The notes: generated from the sequence alone by a model not told the origin. DNA of 63,204 nucleotides from Candidatus Micrarchaeota archaeon (GCA_021812185.1 JAKAON010000002.1:1-63204); one strand, 5' to 3'; shown: positions 26,068 to 35,211, counted from the stretch's first letter. Numbers and translations are program-made.

Positions 26068-28143
26068 ATGGCAACAGATCCGATTTGCGGAATGGATGTT
26101 AATGAAGCAGCATCAAAACTTACTTCCGAGAGGAATGGAAGGAAATATTATTTTTGCAGCGAGACTTGCAAGATGCAATTTGAAAAACCGGAAAATGAGA
26201 TCAGGCAGCTAAAAACAGCTCTTATCATATCGTGGCCTCTTACCGCAATTGTTGTGCTTCTCACATACGTGCTGCAAATTCCATACGGCGTCTACGTCAT
26301 GTTTTTGTTTGCAAGCATAATACAATTTTATGCCGGTGCAAGGTTCTACGAGGGAACGGCAGATGCAATAAAGAATAGGTCAGCAAACATGGACACGCTG
26401 ATTGCAATAGGAACTAGTGCGGCTTGGCTTTACAGCACGCTTGTTGTATTCATTCCAAGCGCCTTTCCGATAGCCGGAATATATTTTGACACCTCGACGA
26501 TTATAATTTCGCTTATACTTACAGGGACGTTCATGCAAAGACTTGCGGAATCAAAAGCATCTAGCGCAATATCAGCGCTAATTGCCCTGCAGCCCAAAAT
26601 AGCTCATGTAGTGCGTTTAGGAAAAATTGTTGATACCAAAATAGAAAAAGTGAAGGTCAATGATGTGATGCTCGTCAAAGTAGGGGAGACAATACCTGCG
26701 GATTCCATAGTCGTTGAGGGCACCAGCTATATCAACGAATCGATGATTACGGGAGAGAGCATGCCGATCCTCAAAGGCAAAGGCGAAAGAGTTATTGGAG
26801 GGACGCTAAATACTACAGGTCCGCTAAGAGTGAAAGCGTTGAAGGAGTGGAAGGATGGCGCATTATCGCAAATAGTAAAGATAGTTGAAGATGCTGCTTC
26901 TAGCAAAGTGCCGATACAGAAAATGGCGGACAAAATATCTTCTTATTTCGTGCCTTTGGTAATCGCGATAGCGATAGTATCGTCGCTTGCGTGGTATTTA
27001 ATAGGCGGCATAGGATTAAACACAGGAATACTCATATTTGTAAGCGTGCTGATAATCGCATGCCCATGCGCGCTTGGAATAGCCACACCTGCTGCATTGC
27101 TGGTATCATCGGGAGTGGCTGCTAAGGAGGGCATATTGATAAAAAGCGGAGAAGCCCTGCAAGTAGCAGGCAAAGTAGATGCAATAGTGCTCGACAAGAC
27201 CGGAACGCTAACGCAAGGAAAGGCGAAGGTTACCGACATCATTACAGTCACAGGCTATAGTGAAAGGGAAGTGATAATGCTTGCGGCAATTGCGGAAACG
27301 AGTTCTGAGCATGTTCTTGGAAAGGCAATAATTGAGAGGGCAAATAATAATAAAATCAAGTTGGAGTTTCCAAAAAAGGTAACATATACGCAAGGCAGCG
27401 GACTTGTAGCAGTAGATAAAAGAGGAAGGACGATAACAGTAGGGAACATCGACCTCTTTAGCAAGGAACAACTAAGGAAATTTAAGGTAATTGAAAGACT
27501 GGAATCAGATGGCAAGACTGTGCTGATTGTAGGAGTAAACAAAAAAGTTGTAGGCCTCATCGCACTTGCGGACACACTCAAAGAAGATAGCAAAAGAGCG
27601 GTATCAAGCTTAAAGGACGCTGGAAATGAAGTGTGGCTCATCACAGGAGACAATGCGAAGGTCGCAAATGCTATTGCAAGGCAAGTTGGCATAAGGAATG
27701 TAATTGCAGGAGCAAAACCAGCGGACAAGATGAAAAAAATAGTGGAGCTGCAAAGCGAGGGGAGAGTTGTTGCCATGATAGGTGATGGTGTGAACGATGC
27801 TCCTGCACTTACCAAGGCAGATATCGGTATTGCCATAGGCTCCGGAACGGACGTCGCCATACAGGCAGGGGGAATAGTCCTGATCCGAAACAGAGTTTCA
27901 GATGCGGTCTTTGCGCTGGAACTTGGAAAGAAAACTATGGCAAAAATACGTGAGAACCTCTTCTGGGCATTTGGCTATAATATAATCCTAATCCCAATTG
28001 CGGCAGGGGCTCTTATCCCATTTTTCACAGTAAGCGTATACGGTTTCCTGCCTATGCTTGCAGCACTTGCAATGGCATTTAGCTCCACGGCAGTAATATC
28101 AAACTCCTTGCTTCTTACGAGATTCAAAGCGCATGCCGGCTAA
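26068..28143 (+). CDS. copA: Copper-translocating P1B-type ATPase with N-terminal TRASH/YHS metal-binding domain
   Basis: The N-terminus is DPICGMDV..YYFCSETCKMQF. Other motifs are a TM CPC motif (IACPCALG), the phosphorylation site DKTGTLT, ITGDN and GDGVNDAPAL. Confidence 0.9.
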   Translation: MATDPICGMDVNEAASKLTSERNGRKYYFCSETCKMQFEKPENEIRQLKTALIISWPLTAIVVLLTYVLQIPYGVYVMFLFASIIQFYAGARFYEGTADAIKNRSANMDTLIAIGTSAAWLYSTLVVFIPSAFPIAGIYFDTSTIIISLILTGTFMQRLAESKASSAISALIALQPKIAHVVRLGKIVDTKIEKVKVNDVMLVKVGETIPADSIVVEGTSYINESMITGESMPILKGKGERVIGGTLNTTGPLRVKALKEWKDGALSQIVKIVEDAASSKVPIQKMADKISSYFVPLVIAIAIVSSLAWYLIGGIGLNTGILIFVSVLIIACPCALGIATPAALLVSSGVAAKEGILIKSGEALQVAGKVDAIVLDKTGTLTQGKAKVTDIITVTGYSEREVIMLAAIAETSSEHVLGKAIIERANNNKIKLEFPKKVTYTQGSGLVAVDKRGRTITVGNIDLFSKEQLRKFKVIERLESDGKTVLIVGVNKKVVGLIALADTLKEDSKRAVSSLKDAGNEVWLITGDNAKVANAIARQVGIRNVIAGAKPADKMKKIVELQSEGRVVAMIGDGVNDAPALTKADIGIAIGSGTDVAIQAGGIVLIRNRVSDAVFALELGKKTMAKIRENLFWAFGYNIILIPIAAGALIPFFTVSVYGFLPMLAALAMAFSSTAVISNSLLLTRFKAHAG

Positions 28144-28676
28144 TACTTGAGCTCTGATAGCTTCTTCCACCAGCCAAATCGCTTCTCTATTATGCTATCA
28201 AGCGACCATTTGCTAGTGCCGTATGTTGCCTCTATTATTAGCAAAAACAAGAACACAAACGCGTATATTATCCCGGTGCCTATGTCGGTTGCGCCTGGCC
28301 CATACACGCCTCCAAAACCCTCGGGCACAGACCATATCACCAAGCTAAGGAGAATCCCTCCAGTATACGCTATCTTCCTCATGAATCCGAAAATGAGGCT
28401 GAATGCGAGGGCGAGCTCAAGACAGCCTATTAAAAGCACGAAGAAATTAGGGTCTTGGGCCACATACCCTGCCCAGAAATTGAACCACGGCATCATCCAC
28501 GAAGGTTGGTTTTGTCCTGCACTTTGCAAAAGTTGCACGAATGTGCCTGACATGCCAGGCTGGAACTTCAATGCTCCGTCGATTCCCCAGACCACTCCGA
28601 AGATTATGCGCATAACGCTCTTTAGGGCAGGAGTGTGCCTCACGAACCATCTGTCAGTATAGAACCCCTCGGACAT
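28140..28676 (-). CDS. DoxX/DoxD-like membrane protein
   Basis: 178 aa with 4 TM helices. The pattern IIFGVVWGIDGALKF..NFWAGYV..LIGCLELALAFSLIFG is typical of the DoxX family. Confidence 0.5.
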   Translation of the reverse strand: MSEGFYTDRWFVRHTPALKSVMRIIFGVVWGIDGALKFQPGMSGTFVQLLQSAGQNQPSWMMPWFNFWAGYVAQDPNFFVLLIGCLELALAFSLIFGFMRKIAYTGGILLSLVIWSVPEGFGGVYGPGATDIGTGIIYAFVFLFLLIIEATYGTSKWSLDSIIEKRFGWWKKLSELKY

Positions 28677-28868
28677 GTTTACACGATATTAAAATATCTG
28701 ACATGAAGCTTATTATTAATGCCCTTTCGAATTCCAATGCCGCAGGGCCTTTACCATTTGAGCGAATTGTCAAAATTACAAGCAGATTAATTCAGGTTGG
28801 ATTATTTGATTTGCCGGACACGATAGATATGAATATAAATCCACAATAAGATAGTATGAATCGATAGA

Positions 28869-30107
28869 ATGCACAACAGACAGACAGACAGACAGGCAGA
28901 CAGACAAAAAACTATAATTAAGGTGCACAATTCTTCTATTTTTAGTCCTATTTTTACATTCAGAAAATCGCAAAGTGCTACTGAATATCTGACAACTTAT
29001 GGATTTGCAATACTTATAATTGCAATAACTTTAATGCTAGTGTATAATGCAGTGTCTTCTCCGTTATCAATAGTTCCGTCGACATGCTCATTTTCTTATG
29101 GCGCAAGCTGCAACTATGTCGCTTTTGCGTCTAACACAATTAGTTCAACTGCAAAACTCGAAATGGTGAATTCTTACGAATACCCTATCATAAACCCGAA
29201 TATTTCAATAAATGTTTCTGGATTCGGAAATGCATTTGGACAGTGCGTACCGAATTATGTCCTCCCTGGAGGCGCAATGCTGTGCAAAGTGACAATAAAC
29301 AACAAGAGTGAGAGCTTAGGCACACTAGTTAGCGGTTCCATATACTTAACTAGCGCTACCTGCCAGTCTGGAAACGCCAGTTCGTGTTCAACTCGCGATA
29401 AACAGAAGATCTCGGGATCGTTTAATACGCACATACAGTCCATGAATGACCCTATATATTTGGAAATGAACTTATCAGCTGCCAATTATACAGTGCCTAT
29501 CAACCAGCCTGACAAACTCAGTCTTAAGATGAATATATCGGCCAATGTCCAAAATAATTTTTATCCGTTCATAGGAGCCACCATCAACTTTACCACATAT
29601 GTTTTTTCAGGCGCCAACGGACTTGCCGATGTAAGCATAGTCCCTGCAATTACCAATACTAATTCGCAAGGATTGGCAACAGCATACATAACCGGAACGA
29701 CGCCAGGAGTGGCATACGTTTACGGAAGGTATGGAAACTTTTTGCAATGGCCGCCCATCGTTATAAATTTTGTCGAACCGTCGACGACAAGCACGACACT
29801 GTCGACAACTTTTACCAGCAGTTCTACAACAAGCACGACACTGTCGACATCCTCTACTAGCACGTCGACCACAAGCACTTCTACAAGTATCACTATCACT
29901 ACAACAAGCACGACATCAACATCGACCTCTACTACATTATCGACAACTTCATCAAGCACATCTTCAAGTTCGACATCCACATCGACAACAGCCAGCACAA
30001 CTTTAACCACTACGATTAAACCTCCGTCTACATGCGTAGGTGGTGGCGGTACATCACCCACTATAGGAGGATGTTGCACCGGTCAGATACACGAATGTGG
30101 TATGTAA
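28869..30107 (+). CDS. Archaeal type IV pilin-like (class III signal peptide) surface protein with Ser/Thr-rich C-terminal stalk
   Basis: FRKS|QSATEYLTTYGFAILIIAITLMLVY is a basic region, then Q+1..E+5, then a hydrophobic helix, which is the prepilin-like signal. The C-terminal ~110 aa are almost only S/T, and the protein ends in the Cys-rich tail CVGGGGTSPTIGGCCTGQIHECGM. The start is uncertain (ATG 28869 or GTG 28923). Confidence 0.6.
   Translation: MHNRQTDRQADRQKTIIKVHNSSIFSPIFTFRKSQSATEYLTTYGFAILIIAITLMLVYNAVSSPLSIVPSTCSFSYGASCNYVAFASNTISSTAKLEMVNSYEYPIINPNISINVSGFGNAFGQCVPNYVLPGGAMLCKVTINNKSESLGTLVSGSIYLTSATCQSGNASSCSTRDKQKISGSFNTHIQSMNDPIYLEMNLSAANYTVPINQPDKLSLKMNISANVQNNFYPFIGATINFTTYVFSGANGLADVSIVPAITNTNSQGLATAYITGTTPGVAYVYGRYGNFLQWPPIVINFVEPSTTSTTLSTTFTSSSTTSTTLSTSSTSTSTTSTSTSITITTTSTTSTSTSTTLSTTSSSTSSSSTSTSTTASTTLTTTIKPPSTCVGGGGTSPTIGGCCTGQIHECGM
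28876..28906. repeat. Tetranucleotide microsatellite (ACAG)5-GCAG-ACAG-ACA
   Basis: Read directly: acag acag acag acag acag gcag acag aca. It lies immediately after the ATG at 28869. Confidence 0.95.
29781..30012 (+). repeat. Imperfect tandem repeats encoding the S/T-rich stalk
   Basis: The unit ACAAGCACGACACTGTCGACA recurs (for example near 29788 and 29830), with many ACnTCn/AGC variants. It encodes STTSTTLSTT.. runs. Confidence 0.8.
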
Positions 30108-30185
30108 TTTATGGATTTTTTAAATTGTAATTGGAGTTTCAAGATAAGAAAAACGGATTTGGAGATGCAATAAGTAATGCATTTC

Positions 30186-30479
30186 TTATACTCTTATCGT
30201 TCGGTTATTGCGAGGGAGCGAATCGCCTGGCACGCCTACTCTGATTAGATGTCTTGGCCTGCGCCTTATCTTTCCGTCCTTTAGCAAAAGTATGTCTGAT
30301 CGTTTTATGAGCTTCTTCCTTCCTGCATGTTTCGCGTAGTCAAGCGCCTCATCGGTCAGCTTCTCGGCAAGCTTGCTGAGCTCCCTTTCAAGATCCACAA
30401 CAGCGTCCTCAGTTATACGCGTGGCACCAGCCTCCCTCATGAATTGCTCAATGTCATACAGACTAAATTTCCTCTCCAT
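30186..30479 (-). CDS. Archaeal histone-fold protein with a ~30-aa basic C-terminal tail
   Basis: FMREAGATRITEDAVVDLERELSKLAEKLTDEALDYAKHAGRKKLIKRSDILLL aligns with the HMf-type pattern (..AGA.R..DA...L......A...A.HAGRK.I...DI.L). The tail is KDGKIRRRPRHLIRVGVPGDSLPRNNRTIRV. Confidence 0.7.
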   Translation of the reverse strand: MERKFSLYDIEQFMREAGATRITEDAVVDLERELSKLAEKLTDEALDYAKHAGRKKLIKRSDILLLKDGKIRRRPRHLIRVGVPGDSLPRNNRTIRV

Positions 30480-30566
30480 AACTCATCCCCAAAACTAGCA
30501 AGTATAGGTTTGGGCATATGCGTTTAAAAAGGCGACATTTGCTATTGAATAGTGGAAGCAAAAGTT

Positions 30567-30989
30567 TTACGTCGTGACGATCTCTTTTATTGGAATTTTA
30601 GACATTTCGGCTATGACTCTCTCAAGCCGTCTGTCGATGGATTTTGCCTTCTTTAATGTTATGCTATAGCTCTTCTCGTTCTTGACAAGCTCCTCAAGAG
30701 CTATGAAATACCATCCTTCATTGCTGACCCTCCAGGCCATATATGTCCCCATACCTGTGTTGGTCCTCCATTTCATGAGCGATGCGTATTTTTCATGATC
30801 AATCGATATGCTGCTGCTATCCCAGGCCTTGCACTCAAAACATAATGCATGGTCCTTCTTTATGCCCATTATATCAGGGCTTATCGAATTGACGCCCGAC
30901 CCGGCAGCGCGTATTATTGAGTATCCCATCTCATTGAGCTTGGAAAGCAGCTCTCTCTCGCACCTTGCGCCTTTAACGTACCTGTTCAC
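30567..30989 (-). CDS. hjc: Holliday junction resolvase Hjc
   Basis: 140 aa. KGARCERELLSKLNEMGYSIIRAAGSG..SPDIMGIK..ALCFECKAW is the Hjc PD-(D/E)xK signature. Confidence 0.8.
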   Translation of the reverse strand: MNRYVKGARCERELLSKLNEMGYSIIRAAGSGVNSISPDIMGIKKDHALCFECKAWDSSSISIDHEKYASLMKWRTNTGMGTYMAWRVSNEGWYFIALEELVKNEKSYSITLKKAKSIDRRLERVIAEMSKIPIKEIVTT

Positions 30990-31400
30990 CTAATCGCCAT
31001 CAGTATTATGCAGTACAAGTTATTAATAATTGCCTCAAACTCCAGGCAGGGGATTGATGGATATTGCACATTACAAACAGGCAATATGCAGGATAAATTC
31101 CATATTATCGGTACGTCATTGAGCATTTTATATACTTTTGCGTTCAATGATAATCGTTAATGATAGGATTGAAGTCAGTTGTCTTAATCGAGTGTTAGAA
31201 TGATCACAAAAGTAATTATTTCATGCTTTACCTCACAGATAGATAGAGCTGCAGCACTCTGATTTAAGATAGCTACTTCTTTTCGCAAAGTGATATGCGT
31301 GATGCAGCAGGGAAGGCCGATGGATGGCTTAAATGGTTTGACATATGGCATGAGCGACTGCGCGTCCTAGATTTGACAAGAATTGAAAACGAAAAAAGAG

Positions 31401-32903
31401 ATGACGAAAATGGCAAAAACATACCTTGATATAGTAAAATATATGGTTGAGGCAAAGTTCACGATAAATGGATATGTGGACAAGCCAGACATAATAGGAG
31501 CAGTATTTGGACAAACCGAAGGTCTGCTCGGAGACGAACTTGACCTAAGGGAATTGCAAAAGAACGGCAAGATAGGAAGAATAGAGATAGATTTGCAGCA
31601 AAGCAACAATAAGTGCTTTGGAAAGTTATATTTACCAGCATCGCTCGACAAGATCGAGACGTGCATCCTTGCTGCAGCGATAGAGGCTGTTGACAGAGTC
31701 GGACCGTATGAGGGGACTTTCAGCGTAGAGAAGGTCGAAGACACACGGACTGAGAAGAGGAGGAAGATACTTGACAGGGCAAAGGAGCTCGTGAAGAAGT
31801 TGATGACTACAGGAATGCCTGATAGCCGTGAACTTGCGGAAGCAGTGGAATCAGACGTAAGGTCAAGTGAAATAACGACATATGGGCCCGAGAAGATACC
31901 TGCAGGGCCTGACATCGACAAGAGCAACGAGATAATAGTCGTAGAGGGAAGGGCAGACGTACTCAACTTGCTTAGATTCGACATAACGAACGCAATAGCA
32001 GTAGGAGGAGCTACGAACAACATACCTAAGTCTGTGATCAAGCTGTGCAACGAGAAAGAAGTGACGATATTTGCCGACGGAGATAGAGGAGGGGATATGA
32101 TAATTAGAACCCTTCTTGGAGTCGCCGAGCTTGACTATGTGACAAAGGCACCGGAAGGCAAGGAAGTTGAAGAACTTACAAGAAAAGAGGTGATAAAGGC
32201 ATTGAGGACCAAGGTCCCTATGGAACAGTATGTAAGCATGAACAGGATAGTAGTGCAACATAGCAGCCCGAACAATGCAGAGCGCATATTGCAGCAATCA
32301 CAGCATGCAGTAAGCCCTCAGACGCCGCAACCTCAAAGGCCGCAGGCACAACAAACCTCTCAGGTGCAGCAATCAACCCAGCAGCAGGCGCAGAGCCAGC
32401 AAAGGTTCCCGTCCCAACAAATAAAGGAGCAGCAGCAAAATCCAAACCCTAAGGGAGCGGAAGACGAAGATGACGGCCCTGTCAGCATAAACGACCTAAG
32501 AAAAGAGTACGACAGCAATGAACAGGATTCTTCGATACCTAAAATCAAATACAGGAGGGAAGAGCCTAGAAGGACAAGCGCACCGATAAAGCCTGCCCTT
32601 GAAAGTGTTGTGCTAGAGCAGCTCTCTGAGAGTTTGACCCAGCTCGCAGATACCCTTAGAAGCAGATTATACAACTCCGAAGGCAATGTGATAAAGGAGG
32701 TCCCGATAAGAGAGCTTATATCCACAATACAGGACACCGATGACATATACGGAATTGTCCTTGACGGGATAATAACCCAAAGGCTCGTTGAGCTTGCACT
32801 TGACAAGAGAGTTCGGGCGATATACGGACTGAGGGCAAATCCGATGCCGAAGAAGCATCCTGATATAATCTTGTACACGAAGGAACAGGGCAAGATAGAG
32901 TAA
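31401..32903 (+). CDS. dnaG: Archaeal DnaG primase (Toprim) with a Gln/Pro-rich low-complexity insertion
   Basis: The N-terminus is YLDIVKYMVEAKFTINGYVDKPDIIGAVFGQTEGLLG. The Toprim motifs are IVVEGRADVLNLLRFDITNAIAVGG and IFADGDRGGDMI. The start could be ATG 31401, ATG 31410, or the ORF track's TTG at 31383. Confidence 0.85.
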   Translation: MTKMAKTYLDIVKYMVEAKFTINGYVDKPDIIGAVFGQTEGLLGDELDLRELQKNGKIGRIEIDLQQSNNKCFGKLYLPASLDKIETCILAAAIEAVDRVGPYEGTFSVEKVEDTRTEKRRKILDRAKELVKKLMTTGMPDSRELAEAVESDVRSSEITTYGPEKIPAGPDIDKSNEIIVVEGRADVLNLLRFDITNAIAVGGATNNIPKSVIKLCNEKEVTIFADGDRGGDMIIRTLLGVAELDYVTKAPEGKEVEELTRKEVIKALRTKVPMEQYVSMNRIVVQHSSPNNAERILQQSQHAVSPQTPQPQRPQAQQTSQVQQSTQQQAQSQQRFPSQQIKEQQQNPNPKGAEDEDDGPVSINDLRKEYDSNEQDSSIPKIKYRREEPRRTSAPIKPALESVVLEQLSESLTQLADTLRSRLYNSEGNVIKEVPIRELISTIQDTDDIYGIVLDGIITQRLVELALDKRVRAIYGLRANPMPKKHPDIILYTKEQGKIE

Positions 32904-32912
32904 TATCTTACC

Positions 32913-32934
32913 TTTTGTTTTTCTTTTTATTTTT
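32913..32934 (+). terminator. Oligo-T termination tract after dnaG
   Basis: The tract ttttgtttttctttttattttt begins 10 nt after the stop. Archaeal terminators are typically oligo-T runs. Confidence 0.4.
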
Positions 32935-33069
32935 CACCTAGCGCGAGCCAGGTTTTTTATTTGTGCCCATTTTTATCTGGTCAATTTAGATTGACGGACG
33001 CTTGCATTAAATAGACGTTTTTGGAACAACCCTTTTAAAGCTCGAAAGAGGAATGATTATCGTGAGTTC

Positions 33070-33471
33070 ATGATGAAGATTAAAGATTCTCAGACTTTTC
33101 AAAAATTCGCGTTTGTTTTTGGCGCAGCGGCAATAAGCCTTACTGCTGCATTCATATTCCCTGACGAGCACGTTAAAGTTCCGGAATTTGCAAACAGGCA
33201 GTGGGTTGAAAGACATGTCGGCGCAGATATTACGCTAAACCAGGGCGGCGATGGGCAAGGGGTTTTCAGGGTAGATTACATAAATGCCAATGGCAAATCA
33301 GCGAGGTTCTCTGTCCCATGCAATGGAAATGTATTTGTCGATGTTTTTAGGAGACTTTCAAGCGAAAATAAGAATGTCTACGCATATGAGTACGTGCCGC
33401 GAAGGGAAGCCCAAAAGGTTGTGAACTCCAACGGCTTTTGCGCAGACGCAAGCAAGGCACTAAAAAGATGA
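33070..33471 (+). CDS. Hypothetical secreted protein
   Basis: 133 aa with an N-terminal signal-like segment (FAFVFGAAAISLTAAFIF) and no motif. Confidence 0.45.
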   Translation: MMKIKDSQTFQKFAFVFGAAAISLTAAFIFPDEHVKVPEFANRQWVERHVGADITLNQGGDGQGVFRVDYINANGKSARFSVPCNGNVFVDVFRRLSSENKNVYAYEYVPRREAQKVVNSNGFCADASKALKR

Positions 33472-33616
33472 TTGCCCGATTCAAGCGGTTTTATTCTCTT
33501 CCTTTTTGTTGAATGCAAAAGCCAGAAGATAATGCGAATTTCGCAGGACACTATGAAGGGTTTAGACATATATTTAAAGTTTTAAGTTACAGTTATTTCT
33601 ACATCTGCGAGATTTT

Positions 33617-33688
33617 GCCTCGGTAGCTCAATGGTAGAGCGCTAGTTTTGTAAACTAGAGGTCGAGGGTTCGACTCCCTCTCGGGGCT
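33617..33688 (+). tRNA. tRNA-Thr(UGU)
   Basis: GCCTCGG-TA-GCTC-AATGGTA-GAGC-G-CTAGT-TTTGTAA-ACTAG-AGGTC-GAGGG-TTCGACT-CCCTC-TCGGGGC-T, 72 nt. Confidence 0.9.
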
Positions 33689-33739
33689 TCTTGAGATTCA
33701 TTCTTGATTTGCGCCTGCACGCTTTTTTAGATGTGCATT

Positions 33740-35200
33740 TCATATATCGAAATATAACTGCTCTGGAGTTTCTTCAGGTATTTCATGAGCCTCTGACTTT
33801 TTTATCTTTATGTTGCCGTTTTCCATATGTGCAGTGAAGTATACACTTGATGCGTCGTAGAGCGTGGGATTTGACTTCTCTATAAGAATGGATATCAGAT
33901 CGGCATTTGCTGCGGCAAGCATGCTTTTTGCATCGGATGTGGATATCTGATCCTCACCATCGGTTATCAGGATTATGTTTGTGCGCATGTCTTTGCCGCT
34001 TCCTTTTCCTATAACTTTTTTGCAGAGATCGGAAAGCGCGTTCCTTATCACTGTACCGCCAGATTCCTTAACATTGCATATGTAATCGAAAGCTTTTACA
34101 ACATCCTCGGATGCCGATTCTGATGTTATCTTGAATGTCTCATGCAGGCTATCATCGAAAAAGGCGAAATTGAATTCTCTCCCTTCCATTACTGATTTCT
34201 TGTATATGGCAAGGGCGGTTGCCTTTGCAACATCCATTACTTTTTCCATGCTTATCGACTTGTCTATAAGAAGGTATATTGGGGATTTGTCATTGACATT
34301 TCGGCGCTGCTTGCTAATAGCCAGGGATTCAGATGCAAACATGTATTCAAATATATCTTTAGGCAAAGCGAACTCGGTTGCCGATAGCCTTGATAAATCA
34401 GATCCTTTTTCAAGTCCCCTCTCCAGGCCAGATGAACTGAAGTTCTTGTTGTCTTCGAGATTTTGAGGGCTTAACCCAGGTATTTTGTTTAGCTCATTGA
34501 GCACTTCGAGTACGTCTTCTCGCTCTGATAGGTCATTTATTTCCTTTGTTTTATCCTCGAAATTCATGCTGTGCCCTTTACCGGGTTTGCTGCCAATGTC
34601 GCTATCCCCGGATTCCATCGAGCTTTCACCCATGGCGCTATCTACATATTTTTTGAGAGATTCGCTTACGTTGTCCCTATCGCTTGTGCCTTCTTGCAAA
34701 AGTGATTTGAGCAATTGTTCAGCTGAGTTCTTCTCAGTATATCCCGCAGAAGGTGAATTTTTTGTTTCTGTTAGTTTTTTGATTAGATTGGAAACGAAAC
34801 TTGCAGTAAGCTCGCAGCTCTTTTCGGGATTCGCAACCGTATTTAACTTTGCCTCGGAGAATAGTTCATTTTCAATGAGGGTCTTGAGAGTTTGATAGAA
34901 TACGCTTTTCTGGTCCTCTTCGACACCGTTTTTCATTATTGTTATTGGCAAATACGCTTCCGAATATATATCTTTCACGAATTTCTCGTTGACCCTTCTT
35001 CCAATAAGCCCTTTTATCAGCTCCATCGCCTTGTCCGCCCGATATTCCAACGATGGATCGTTGTGATCCACCCCCTCTATAAATGAGGATTCGTGACCAT
35101 TTTCACTTTTGCCAGATAGCGTATTTTCTGCATTAGGCAGCGCGTTGCTGTTACTGTTTTGTATAGGGCCAAAACGCATCATCTTACCAAACCATAACAT
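33740..35200 (-). CDS. von Willebrand factor A (VWA) domain protein, partner of the upstream MoxR-like ATPase
   Basis: 486 aa. The C-terminal VWA domain has MIDAS-like elements (IYLLIDKSISM .. GGT .. NIILITDGED). The N-terminal two thirds are acidic and Ser-rich with no motif. Confidence 0.7.
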   Translation of the reverse strand: MLWFGKMMRFGPIQNSNSNALPNAENTLSGKSENGHESSFIEGVDHNDPSLEYRADKAMELIKGLIGRRVNEKFVKDIYSEAYLPITIMKNGVEEDQKSVFYQTLKTLIENELFSEAKLNTVANPEKSCELTASFVSNLIKKLTETKNSPSAGYTEKNSAEQLLKSLLQEGTSDRDNVSESLKKYVDSAMGESSMESGDSDIGSKPGKGHSMNFEDKTKEINDLSEREDVLEVLNELNKIPGLSPQNLEDNKNFSSSGLERGLEKGSDLSRLSATEFALPKDIFEYMFASESLAISKQRRNVNDKSPIYLLIDKSISMEKVMDVAKATALAIYKKSVMEGREFNFAFFDDSLHETFKITSESASEDVVKAFDYICNVKESGGTVIRNALSDLCKKVIGKGSGKDMRTNIILITDGEDQISTSDAKSMLAAANADLISILIEKSNPTLYDASSVYFTAHMENGNIKIKKSEAHEIPEETPEQLYFDI

Positions 35201-35211
35201 ATTGAATATGA

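Noticed and set aside
28776-28973. 65-aa minus-strand ORF containing LSVCLSVCLSVV.
   Set aside because: It is an artefact of reading the (ACAG)n microsatellite on the opposite strand.
29720-30079. 119-aa minus-strand ORF rich in V/D/E (..VVDVDVELEDVLDEVVDNVVEVDVDVV..).
   Set aside because: It is the antisense reading of the Ser/Thr-rich repeat of the pilin-like gene, so it is a repeat-induced open frame rather than a gene.
31163-31260. Possible C/D-box sRNA in the hjc-dnaG gap (AATGATAA / AATGATAG / AATGATCA ... CTGA).
   Set aside because: The box sequences deviate from RUGAUGA. The C-to-D distances (about 45 or about 95 nt) and the absence of a D'/C' pair with 12-nt guides do not fit archaeal C/D sRNAs.
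31367-32050. 227-aa minus-strand ORF, and other long antisense ORFs (for example 27255..27860 inside copA, 11485..12039 inside the permease, 49268..49858 inside acnA, 36017..36607 inside the MoxR gene).
   Set aside because: Each lies fully inside a strongly supported gene on the other strand. They have Ser/Leu/Pro-rich shadow-ORF composition and no motifs.
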